A stretch of DNA of 32,000 bases, taken from Candidatus Electrothrix sp. GW3-4 (GTDB lineage Bacteria > Desulfobacterota > Desulfobulbia > Desulfobulbales > Desulfobulbaceae). The notes under the pieces were generated by a model. The model searched no databases, had not been told where the DNA came from, and saw only the letters and a program-made list of their open reading frames with translations. The translations under genes were made by a program, and so were the position numbers. The stretch lies in assembly GCF_037902255.1 (NCBI RefSeq), contig NZ_CP147990.1, positions 3,150,001-3,182,000 of the forward strand. Reading direction: 5' to 3'. This document shows, one piece after another, positions 18,623 through 26,389 of the stretch (positions within the stretch are counted from its first letter, which is position 1; every line of letters starts with the position of its first letter).

Positions 18623-20212
18623 TCAGGCCGTGCTGCATCCTGGGCTATCTGTTCGGACAACGCCATCATTATCTTCTTCTGCGGCCTGACCATGATGGGT
18701 CAGGCGCTTGGTCAGATATTTTTTCAAAAATTCCTCTGCTGGCAGGACCTGTTCTGCTGCCTTAACCACCTGATCCGCAAGATGCCCACCCACAGATTCT
18801 GCTTCGCCCTCTTTGCCCAGTATCAGCTGGATAATCCGGGCTGCATCCACCTGTTCCAGAGGACGGCTGGGGATAAAGGCGCTTGCTTCGTCCTGGTCTA
18901 TCTCGTGCAGCAGGTCGCCCTGTATCAGCAGATCAAGAGGACGGGCCAGGTCGGTCTCATTCACCACCTGACATTGCTCCACCAGCTGATCGAGCGAGGT
19001 GGCTCGGCCTACAGCAAAATTATTATAGACCGTAATCAGGATATCAAAGGTGCGCTGGAGGTCCTGGCGGGTACTGCTCGTTGTCCCGGAAAGCTGATAG
19101 CTATTGCGATGCTGAATGGCATAGGCCAGGACCGCTCCAAGCAGAATAAACATCCAGCCCAATTGAATCCAGACCAGAAAGAGAGGAACCGTGGCAAAGG
19201 AACCATAGATGGCATTATATTTGGCCACCCCAACCTGGAGAACCACGTAGACCCGCTGGACGATGAACCAGAAGACCGCCCCGAACAGGGCCCCGCAAAA
19301 AGCCGCCGTGGTCTTGACCCTCACATTGGGAAAAAAGAGATACATCATCATCAAAGACAGGGTGATGAAGATAAAGGGCAGCAGCTTCAAGAGCATCTGC
19401 ACTACCCAGGCAGAAGGAATAAAGGTAATGAGGTAGTCCATTATCTTGGGTGATTGCAGGACAGCATCACCGGCCAGGGCAATATTGATCGAGATGGGCA
19501 GGAGGACCAGCAGGGCCAGATAATCCATGATCTTGCGAAATAAGGAGCGGCCGCGTCGGGTATGCCAGATGGCATTCATGGCATCTTCAATGGAGCTCAG
19601 GACCATGATCACCACAATGAGAAGGCCTGCAATACCAATGGCACCCAAGGCGGCAAAATTGGTATTATCCACATAATCAAAGATGGTATCAATGGCCTGG
19701 TGGAGATGACGATTCAAAGAAGGAGGGACCTCTGCATCTCCTGGTGCAGGGTTTTCTGGTGCAGGGTTTTCTGGTGCAGCGTTTCCTGCTGCAGCCCCTG
19801 CTGGCACATCTTCAAGACTCGCTCTCTCTGATATAACCTGCGGAGGCGGGTCCTGGGCCCCTTGTTGGCTGACCTCGGGGTCCAGTTGATCAATGAAATG
19901 ATAGGCCGCTATCCGCATCTGGTCCCCATTCCCCAACCCTTTCAGGATTGCTGTACTCATAGCCAGCAAAGGGACCATGGAGAGGACAACAGAAAAGGTC
20001 AGTGCCGAGGCGCGGAGCGCGATATTGGTATTGCTGAACTCATGGACCATAATGAGCAGGATACGGAACAGACTCCGCAATGCTCCGGTGATCTTTTTCT
20101 CATCAGGACAATTGCCAAAGGACCAATGACTCAGTCGTCCACCTGTTTTAAGGGAACCGAGTTGCAGAGCTGGGTTCACACCAGCACCGGATGAGGGAGT
20201 GGAATGGGTCAT
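18623..20212 (-). CDS. YihY/BrkB (formerly 'RNase BN-like') family inner-membrane protein with an extra C-terminal soluble domain
   Basis: It has ASALTFSVVLSMVPLLA, multiple TM helices and YGSFATVPLFLVWIQLGWMFILLGAVLAY, which are family hallmarks. About 140 aa of non-membrane sequence follow the last TM. Confidence 0.8.
   Translation of the reverse strand: MTHSTPSSGAGVNPALQLGSLKTGGRLSHWSFGNCPDEKKITGALRSLFRILLIMVHEFSNTNIALRASALTFSVVLSMVPLLAMSTAILKGLGNGDQMRIAAYHFIDQLDPEVSQQGAQDPPPQVISERASLEDVPAGAAAGNAAPENPAPENPAPGDAEVPPSLNRHLHQAIDTIFDYVDNTNFAALGAIGIAGLLIVVIMVLSSIEDAMNAIWHTRRGRSLFRKIMDYLALLVLLPISINIALAGDAVLQSPKIMDYLITFIPSAWVVQMLLKLLPFIFITLSLMMMYLFFPNVRVKTTAAFCGALFGAVFWFIVQRVYVVLQVGVAKYNAIYGSFATVPLFLVWIQLGWMFILLGAVLAYAIQHRNSYQLSGTTSSTRQDLQRTFDILITVYNNFAVGRATSLDQLVEQCQVVNETDLARPLDLLIQGDLLHEIDQDEASAFIPSRPLEQVDAARIIQLILGKEGEAESVGGHLADQVVKAAEQVLPAEEFLKKYLTKRLTHHGQAAEEDNDGVVRTDSPGCSTA
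19741..19800. repeat. In-frame 15-bp tandem repeat inside the YihY gene (ctggtgcagggtttt x2 plus two degenerate units), encoding NAAPENPAPENPAPGDA
   Basis: Read directly from the sequence. It falls in a predicted loop between TM segments. Confidence 0.8.
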
Positions 20213-20410
20213 GAATGCATTATGAAGGCGTTATTTATTATATTATATAGGAAGTTGCGTTTGAATGCGTTCAATGAGGGGGCCAAGAACGCAGCGGCTG
20301 CCAGCTGTAGAGAAGGGGAGTTGCCAAGAGGGGCTATTTATGCTCATCCTGGAACCAGGAACCCTCTAGAGGAAGGTACCCTTAGGCCCTTAACCGTTAT
20401 TATACCGTTC

Positions 20411-21922
20411 TTAAGGCGTTCTTTTAGACAAGGTATTAAGGGTGAGAATGCTGTTGCCGCTATCAGCTATGGCTACGGGGACGTCCTCCACTTCCGCAGC
20501 CCCTGCTGCCTTGGGGGCAAGGATCTTTTCTTGCTCTTTCACCTGTTCTTTCGGCGTAGCCTCCAGGGTAACCACCTTCGCATGACTGGCCGGTTGCTTC
20601 TTTACAAAGGCAGGAGTAGGAATCTTGATTTTCTCTCCCAAACGTATCCTTGCCTTCTTGCCCAGATTATTCGCCAGAATAAGCTCTTTCAAAGAGACCT
20701 TGTATTTTCTTGCAATCTTGATGGCCGTGTCTCCCTTCCTGACCCTGTACTCTTTATCACGAATCTGCTGGGCGTACAAGAGTCGGGAAGGAATGGTCTT
20801 TATCTGCTTGCGGATGCGTTTGGTCGCAGGTAAACGGACCAAGGTCCCTGTGGGGATATATTTCCTTCCTTCAAGAACCGAATCACGCAGCGCCGGATTC
20901 AAGCGCTCAAAATCCTCATCAGGTATCCCAAAATAGTCGCTCAGCTCCGTTGCAGACGCGTAGTCACGCAAACGAAAGGTGACATTGATCCAAGGACGAT
21001 CTTTAACCAGGGAACGCTCGTTTTCCAGGCGTCTTGCCACCCGAACAGCGGCTATGAACTCCGAATAAAAATTCTTTGAGGCAAATTTAAAAATCCCCGT
21101 CTCATGGTGCTTGATAATTCGTGGATAGGTTTCCCATCTTTTCTGGGCGCGTACCATCCCGGCCCGTCCGTAATTATAGGCGGTCAGGGCTAAGGGCCAG
21201 GATCCGAGCTGGCGATAATTTTCTTTCAAAAAACGTGCTGCAGCCATACTGGACAGATACACGTCAAAACGCTCATCAACGAGTTCATTGATGGTCATAA
21301 ATTCCCGTCCTGTATGCCTGGTAAACTGCCAAAGACCAACAGCTGCTGCCTTAGAATGGGCATTGAGGTTAAAGGAGGATTCGACATGAGGAAGATAAGC
21401 CAATTCCACCGGGAGGTTGCGAGACCGCATAATCTTTTTAATGAGCGGCATATATGCGCCAGAGCGAATCACCCCTTTGCGAAAGGTATCTTTCAGGCCA
21501 GTTTGGACGCGCAAATTCTCAATAGCCTCACGAAAGCGAGCAGGCCGTTGCTTTCCTTGAAACAGGGCATAAACTTTTTTTTCTTCTCGTGTGCTCGGTT
21601 TTTTGCCGTCAGCAAATTTTTCCAGAATCTTTTTATGGCGCAGCCGGACCGTCTTTTCCAACTGGGCATTCACCCGCCCCGCCCCTGGGATCCTTCTCGG
21701 GACAAAATCTATCACTGCATAGATAATGCTCAAGTCATCCTTATCATGCAATACACCTTGATTACTCGTATAGGTGCCGTAGATTTTTTCCCAGAACTGC
21801 ACATTGGGCACAATAATTTTATAGATCGGAAAGCGGGAACCGGCCTCACACCGTCCATTGGCCAGCAAAACAGTTACGCAAAACAGCAACAGGCATGTTA
21901 TTTTTTTTCTCATAATAGGCAT
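20411..21922 (-). CDS. mltD: MltD-like membrane-bound lytic murein transglycosylase (SLT domain plus C-terminal LysM)
   Basis: It has a signal/anchor (KKITCLLLFCVTVLLANG), the SLT catalytic region LPHVESSFNLNAHSKAAAVGLWQFTRHTGREF, and a LysM repeat YRVRKGDTAIKIARKYKVSLKELILANNL. Confidence 0.85.
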   Translation of the reverse strand: MPIMRKKITCLLLFCVTVLLANGRCEAGSRFPIYKIIVPNVQFWEKIYGTYTSNQGVLHDKDDLSIIYAVIDFVPRRIPGAGRVNAQLEKTVRLRHKKILEKFADGKKPSTREEKKVYALFQGKQRPARFREAIENLRVQTGLKDTFRKGVIRSGAYMPLIKKIMRSRNLPVELAYLPHVESSFNLNAHSKAAAVGLWQFTRHTGREFMTINELVDERFDVYLSSMAAARFLKENYRQLGSWPLALTAYNYGRAGMVRAQKRWETYPRIIKHHETGIFKFASKNFYSEFIAAVRVARRLENERSLVKDRPWINVTFRLRDYASATELSDYFGIPDEDFERLNPALRDSVLEGRKYIPTGTLVRLPATKRIRKQIKTIPSRLLYAQQIRDKEYRVRKGDTAIKIARKYKVSLKELILANNLGKKARIRLGEKIKIPTPAFVKKQPASHAKVVTLEATPKEQVKEQEKILAPKAAGAAEVEDVPVAIADSGNSILTLNTLSKRTP

Positions 21923-22147
21923 GGGTCCACCGCGTTATAATCCGTTGCAGAGCTGCCCGACCTTGCGACAGCACCCCAGTTATTCGCATATTTGCTACTA
22001 ATGATCTATTATACAATATTTTCACCCCAAAAGGCAAGAAGGGGAAAAAGGGTATTTTTCCCTCACCACTTGAGCAGGCTTTTTCGGGCAGAGATGGGCG
22101 GGTTACCCCATCAGGGCACCTCTCAAGCGAGCAAGGTCTACTCAGAC

Positions 22148-22175
22148 AAAAAAATCCCGGTGCGTACACACCGGG
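22148..22175 (-). terminator. Rho-independent terminator (minus strand): CCCGGTG-tgtacg-CACCGGG followed by ATTTTTTT
   Basis: The 7-bp GC stem is at 22156-22162/22169-22175. The A-run at 22148-22154 on the plus strand becomes the U-tract on the minus strand. It lies ~80 nt downstream of the two-CW stop codon if the IS is removed. Confidence 0.6.
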
Positions 22176-22265
22176 ACCTCAAATGACCTTTCCGAGAAAA
22201 ATGCCCCGCATAAGCACGCCAAGAGGCATGCTGTGCTTTATAAAAAAAACTATACTAGTGCTCTG

Positions 22266-22961
22266 TCACGACTTAATTTTAGGGTAAACGGATTTTAATT
22301 TGCACCGGGCATCAGAAATTTTCATTTGCCACTCAACACCACGTTGAGTGTTATTCACATCGCTTGACCATGCGGCAATCTCTTTCTGTAACGTCTCGAT
22401 ATCTCCTATACGACGATTGGCAAGACATTGTCGAGTCATGGAGCTCAATTCGTTTTCTGCTATATTGAGCCAGCTACCATGTTTCGGTGTGTAACAAAAT
22501 TCAATCCGGCGTACTAATGCACGAGCACGTTCAGGAGGAAAAGCCTCATAAAAAGCTCCCTTTGTATGGGTGTTGAGATTATCGCAAACCAACGTTATCT
22601 TTTCACATTCTGCATAGCGACCTTCAAGGAGGCGAGCCACTTCGATCGCCCAATCTGTTTTAGTCCGCCGAGGACGAGCTGTGGCTTCACGCCAGCCTGA
22701 AAGAGGCTCGGTGAACATGAAAATACTGGCTGTTCCGTTACGCTCATACTCATAATCAACGCGTTTAGCATGATTTTTAGTTGCCGGGATAGGTAAACGA
22801 GTTTCCTTTATCAGCTGAACTGGTTGTTCGTCCATACAAAGAAAAGGATGATTAGGATTATACGGTCTTTCATAAACCTCTATCACATCTTCCATGTTGG
22901 CCACGAATTCCGCATCGTGTTTTGGTGGAATAACCCAGTATTGGATTTTCCGGTTGTTCAT
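22266..22961 (-). CDS. IS630 transposase, DDE catalytic part (orfB)
   Basis: The candidate catalytic residues are LCMDEQPV (D), LVCDNLNTH (D) and LNIAENELS (E). The D...D-35-E spacing is characteristic of IS630/Tc1. Confidence 0.85.
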   Translation of the reverse strand: MNNRKIQYWVIPPKHDAEFVANMEDVIEVYERPYNPNHPFLCMDEQPVQLIKETRLPIPATKNHAKRVDYEYERNGTASIFMFTEPLSGWREATARPRRTKTDWAIEVARLLEGRYAECEKITLVCDNLNTHTKGAFYEAFPPERARALVRRIEFCYTPKHGSWLNIAENELSSMTRQCLANRRIGDIETLQKEIAAWSSDVNNTQRGVEWQMKISDARCKLKSVYPKIKS

Positions 22962-23416
22962 CCCGTTTTTTTTATTACTTGGCGAATAGTTTCATGGCTG
23001 ATCGACGGAACTATTTCCAATTCAACAACATGTCGGGCTAAAAGGCGCAGTGACCAATTTGCGTATCCCGGCGGAGGTGAACCAAGACGAGTGGCAATGA
23101 TTTTAACCTCCTGCTCCCCATTCAATAGTTTCGGAGTAGGCGGGGTTGCACGTTTTTTTCCGTCAAGAGCCTGTTGAAAACCGTGCAAAACAAAATTTTG
23201 ACGGATGTTCTCAACCGTTTTTGTCCTACAGTTGAATGCTTCTGCTATCCTGCTGTCTTTCCAACAGGGGCCATTTGCATCAGCTTTCAATAAGATGTGA
23301 GCACGACGGACTTTCTGGCTGCCCCCCGAAAGCTTTTTGATAACCTCCTGTAAATGACAGCGTTCTTTTGGAGTCAATTGGACAATGTATTTTTTTGGCA
23401 TGAAATCCTCTTTCAA
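22958..23416 (-). CDS. IS630 transposase, N-terminal HTH/DNA-binding part (orfA)
   Basis: 152 aa with helix-turn-helix segments (RRAHILLKADANG; SHETIRQVIKK). It ends in an A8 run (T8 at 22966-22973 on the plus strand) followed by an ATGA overlap with orfB. This is the typical -1 frameshift arrangement. Confidence 0.85.
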   Translation of the reverse strand: MKEDFMPKKYIVQLTPKERCHLQEVIKKLSGGSQKVRRAHILLKADANGPCWKDSRIAEAFNCRTKTVENIRQNFVLHGFQQALDGKKRATPPTPKLLNGEQEVKIIATRLGSPPPGYANWSLRLLARHVVELEIVPSISHETIRQVIKKTG

Positions 23417-23485
23417 TTTTTTTTTCGGACAACATGCTACATTAATTTTAAATACGCTACCCTAAAATTTAGATTTTACAGAGCA

Positions 23486-23764
23486 CTAGGCAACAACGAG
23501 CAACTGGGTGGAACCTTTCACTATCGCATAAAACTCACAGTTTCGGCATTCAAGGAACCTTCCAGAGAGGTTACCTTTTTCCCCAACCTTACAGTATGAA
23601 TCGCTGATAACCCAACAGCAGCGCCCTCCATTCTTCCCCTGATGGATACCGTTTGCTCTGGATTCGATCGCAGCTGGACAGACACCCTCCTTAGATGCGT
23701 TCAAACCACCAGGCTCCCTCCCACATTTCTTGAATTCCCAGCAATTTATCCTTTTATATTCCAT
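23486..23764 (-). CDS. Small cysteine-rich protein of the 'two-CW' type (92 aa, 8 Cys)
   Basis: The sequence is MEYKRINCWEFKKCGREPGGLNASKEGVCPAAIESRANGIHQGKNGGRCCWVISDSYCKVGEKGNLSGRFLECRNCEFY... It shows an NCWEFKKCGRE...CPA...GGRxCW...C...CxxCxFY pattern, which I recognise from memory as the two-CW domain. That recognition is not verified by search. Confidence 0.55.
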   Translation of the reverse strand: MEYKRINCWEFKKCGREPGGLNASKEGVCPAAIESRANGIHQGKNGGRCCWVISDSYCKVGEKGNLSGRFLECRNCEFYAIVKGSTQLLVVA

Positions 23765-23830
23765 AATGCAAATATTATCCCTACAAAAAAGTTCAACTTA
23801 CAACACCAAACAGCCAGCGAAGTAAAAAAA

Positions 23831-23859
23831 ATTATACTTTACTTTTTTCTAAAAAACAA
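23831..23859 (-). promoter_or_regulatory. Candidate sigma70-type promoter for the two-CW gene (minus strand TTGTTT-N17-TATAAT)
   Basis: The -10 hexamer is the complement of attata at 23831-23836. The -35 hexamer is the complement of aaacaa at 23854-23859. It lies ~65 nt upstream of the ATG at 23764. Confidence 0.3.
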
Positions 23860-23923
23860 TATCTACTTTCACTAAGGAAGATTGCCCAATAAGTTAACTG
23901 CAAAACAAAAAGTCAGGAGGCAA

Positions 23924-23961
23924 TAAAAAAACGGGCAAAGAAGTCAACGCCTCCTTGTCCG
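23924..23961 (-). terminator. Rho-independent terminator of the AsnB-like operon (minus strand)
   Basis: On the minus strand, CGGACAAGGAGG-cgttga-CTTCTTTGCCCG (12-position stem with 1 GU pair and 2 mismatches) is followed by TTTTTTTATTG. Confidence 0.6.
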
Positions 23962-23989
23962 CCTTTTATTAATAAGTACCCGTCTAAAT

Positions 23990-24059
23990 ATAATCGACAC
24001 TCCAATTTAGCTACCGAACTGATTTATCGGCATATTGGAGCATAAGAAGTGTCGATTAT
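23990..24059. other. 70-nt extended imperfect hairpin immediately downstream of the AsnB-like stop codon
   Basis: ATAATCGACACT (23990-24001) pairs perfectly with AGTGTCGATTAT (24048-24059). There is an inner 5-bp stem CCAAT/ATTGG and an apical CCGA...TCGG. Confidence 0.6.
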
Positions 24060-24107
24060 TCAAGGTGACCTACTTAGCACCTTCCTGCTCCTTAATAAAA
24101 CAATCTA

Positions 24108-25820
24108 TCACAGTTTTTCATTCAGCACCTTTTGCCGCCACAACTCGAAGGTTATTAAAAGCCACAAGGTCCGTTCATGCTGTGGCAAGCTCTGTTCAGG
24201 TGTGAGTGCGAGCAGCTCTTCAACCCGCTCTGGATTAAAAATCCCTGCCTTCCTCACCACTCTTTTCCGCAAAATCTTTCGAGCATATTTTTTCCACTCT
24301 CTACCTCGCCAGAAATAAGACGGAAACTCCACCCCACTCTTTGCCCGCTCAATAAAGTGGTTAGGCAAAGACGGACTATACGCTTGCCGAATAACCCTTT
24401 TTCCCATACCTCGAGCGAGTTTCAGCGCGGAGGGCATCCGAAAACTCAGAGCGATTAATCGCTCATCAAAAAGGGGAGAGAGTGACGTCACCCCATATGC
24501 CCCAATCATCCTCTCCATGAGAGGCAGCTGCATATGACCGCCCTTCAAGTGGATATTCGCACGAGAAAGCTTATCAAGAAAATTTCCTGTTCGATCTGCT
24601 TGAAAAAAAGGCAGTAACGGGCCCTCAAGAGCCTCATGGGTATTATAGAGACTGCGCCATTCCGGGGTTAGCAGGGCATTCAGCTCGTCATAGGCGCCAC
24701 AGCAGGAAGAAAGATATGCCTGTTCACGAAAAAAGAGCCCCTGCTCAATCCCCCCATACCAATGTCGCAACAGCACAGGGAGCATATGGGTACCGCCAAA
24801 GACCAAGGAACCACCCGCCCCATTTAGAACATATTCCACCTCCTCAGCCGCAACTGCGGAAAGCATAGACATGAAGACCAACGAGGGGTCACCAAGGGGT
24901 TCACCAGTAGCAAAAACAGCCTGGTCAAGACGTTCCAGGAACTCCTTGGGCTGGACCTGAATTTCCCGGTGTTCAGTCCCAATATAATCAGCTAGGGCTC
25001 TGGCATGATCCCTGCCCTGGTGCTCGCCACTGAAACGAATCGACCAACTCGGCAATTTTTCTCTGCATTGCCTGCGTGCCTCTACAGCAATAGCACCAGA
25101 GCTGAGCCCTCCAGAAAGAAAAAGACCGACAGAACCATGAACAGGTAACTGATCTGCAAGAGCTTGGCCGTGCAGAGAGGTAAATTCCGCTTGCCATTCC
25201 TGCCCACTCCTCTCCTCCTTGCCTACCTGCTCAGGAGAGCAAAAACAGCGCGGTTGTCCAAGCTTTCCCTGGGCAAAGGTCACTGTATGACCAGGAGGAA
25301 GCTCCCAGAGATTCTCCAGCATGGTCCCTGAACCTGGGACAAAGCCATAGGAAAGATACTGCGCTACCGCTGCCGGTCGTAGCTTACGGGCAAAACCGGA
25401 CCACGCCAATATCCCCCTGGGTTCAACAGCAAAGATAAAGCGGTCGTTGCACAAGCCGTAATAGATCGTACGGAGCCCAGCAGGGTCCCGAGCGAGATGA
25501 ATACCATCCTCATCCAACACAGCAAGCACATAGGCGCCGCGCAGATCCTGCACAAACCCCAAGCCCTTTTCCCTATAACTACGCAGGAGCGGGGCCATAT
25601 GCGTTTTTTTCTGATCGGTGAAAAGACGACCAGCAAGGGCAACAACCTGGCCTCGGTGCTCAATAATACCACCATGATTGGAACGGGAAGGCAGCCAGCA
25701 GGCTGTTGAGCGAATTGAGGCATGGGTACGAGCCGGAGGATTTCCTCGATGACTCAATGCCTCTGCCATTGCCCGGCTCTTTTTCCCGCTCCACCCGGAA
25801 AAGCCAAAAATTGCGGCCAT
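24108..25820 (-). CDS. Asparagine-synthetase (AsnB)-like PP-loop amidoligase lacking the N-terminal Cys nucleophile
   Basis: 570 aa. Fold motifs of the Ntn glutaminase-like domain are retained (RGAYVLAVLDEDGIHLARDPAGLRTIYYG, FIFAVEPRGIL), but the N-terminus is MAAIFGF instead of MCGI. An in-frame TAG lies 4 codons upstream and AGGGAG is the RBS. The PP-loop is LFLSGGLSSGAIA. The usual SGEGADELFGGY is diverged to NGAGGSLVFGG. Confidence 0.8.
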   Translation of the reverse strand: MAAIFGFSGWSGKKSRAMAEALSHRGNPPARTHASIRSTACWLPSRSNHGGIIEHRGQVVALAGRLFTDQKKTHMAPLLRSYREKGLGFVQDLRGAYVLAVLDEDGIHLARDPAGLRTIYYGLCNDRFIFAVEPRGILAWSGFARKLRPAAVAQYLSYGFVPGSGTMLENLWELPPGHTVTFAQGKLGQPRCFCSPEQVGKEERSGQEWQAEFTSLHGQALADQLPVHGSVGLFLSGGLSSGAIAVEARRQCREKLPSWSIRFSGEHQGRDHARALADYIGTEHREIQVQPKEFLERLDQAVFATGEPLGDPSLVFMSMLSAVAAEEVEYVLNGAGGSLVFGGTHMLPVLLRHWYGGIEQGLFFREQAYLSSCCGAYDELNALLTPEWRSLYNTHEALEGPLLPFFQADRTGNFLDKLSRANIHLKGGHMQLPLMERMIGAYGVTSLSPLFDERLIALSFRMPSALKLARGMGKRVIRQAYSPSLPNHFIERAKSGVEFPSYFWRGREWKKYARKILRKRVVRKAGIFNPERVEELLALTPEQSLPQHERTLWLLITFELWRQKVLNEKL

Positions 25821-26389
25821 TACACTCCCTGCCTACTTGTCTTCTTTTGCCCAACGCTCCCTCTTTGCATCCACCAAGGAAGCCTCCGTGCGCTGCGGGT
25901 ACTCCATTGTTCCAACACCTCGGATAAGGTCCTCTTTTCATAAAGGGCCTGCCCACATATTGTTGCCATGATAGGGTAGGGCAGGATATCCAGGGGCGCC
26001 TTATACCCTTTTCTATCCAGTTGCAACGCCTTAAGAAAATGCATTTTCTCTACATGCTCAGGCCTAATACCAAGATCAATAACAACACGCCCCGACAATC
26101 TCTTTTTCTGGACCATTGCCATGCCAGCCTCACTGGCATCATGCAGCAGGTAAACAGGCAACGAGGCGTCCTCCTTAAGCATTTTTTGAGCACGTTGAAC
26201 AATATAGGCAGGGTAGCCGTCCCGCGAAAAGATCAGGGCATTCTGATCAGCATGAAAGCCGTTCCTGACCAACAAGTCCACCAAGAGGCGACGCTCAACT
26301 AGAATGATTCGTTCTACCCCATAGTCAAAAAGATCCTTTTCAGGAAACGCAGCAGGTGGTTCATGCAGGCTTGGCTGAAGGAGCAACAT
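25820..26389 (-). CDS. Hypothetical protein with a Spo11/TopoVI-A/JetD-like Toprim motif pattern (tentative)
   Basis: The motifs are ERIILVERRLLVDLLV (the hhhhE of Toprim), then ALIFSRDGYPAYIVQRAQKML...LPVYLLHDASEAGMAM, compared with the TopoVI-A pattern ...TGKGYPD..TR.FL..L....PVY.L.DxDPxG. The DxD is DAS here. The ATG at 26389 is preferred (GGAGGGG 7 nt upstream), while the track uses GTG 26419. Its stop overlaps the AsnB-like ATG (TAATG). Confidence 0.45.
   Translation of the reverse strand: MLLLQPSLHEPPAAFPEKDLFDYGVERIILVERRLLVDLLVRNGFHADQNALIFSRDGYPAYIVQRAQKMLKEDASLPVYLLHDASEAGMAMVQKKRLSGRVVIDLGIRPEHVEKMHFLKALQLDRKGYKAPLDILPYPIMATICGQALYEKRTLSEVLEQWSTRSARRLPWWMQRGSVGQKKTSRQGV

Larger units (their letters stand above)
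22258..23486 (-). mobile_element. Complete IS630-family (Tc1/mariner-superfamily) insertion sequence, 1229 bp, with a TA target-site duplication
   Basis: The terminal inverted repeats are GTGCTCTGTCACGACTTAATTTTAGGGTA (left) and GTGCTCTGTAAAATCTAAATTTTAGGGTA (right, reverse complement), 24/29 identical. TA is at 22256-22257 and 23487-23488. Two overlapping transposase ORFs lie inside. Confidence 0.88.

Noticed and set aside
23486-25820. A lasso-peptide/RiPP cluster reading, with the AsnB-like protein as macrolactam synthetase and the Cys-rich 92-aa ORF as precursor.
   Set aside because: No leader peptidase (transglutaminase-like B protein) or PqqD-like RRE is present. The small ORF is separated from the AsnB-like gene by a terminator and has its own promoter. 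Its sequence looks like a folded metal-binding domain rather than a leader-core peptide.
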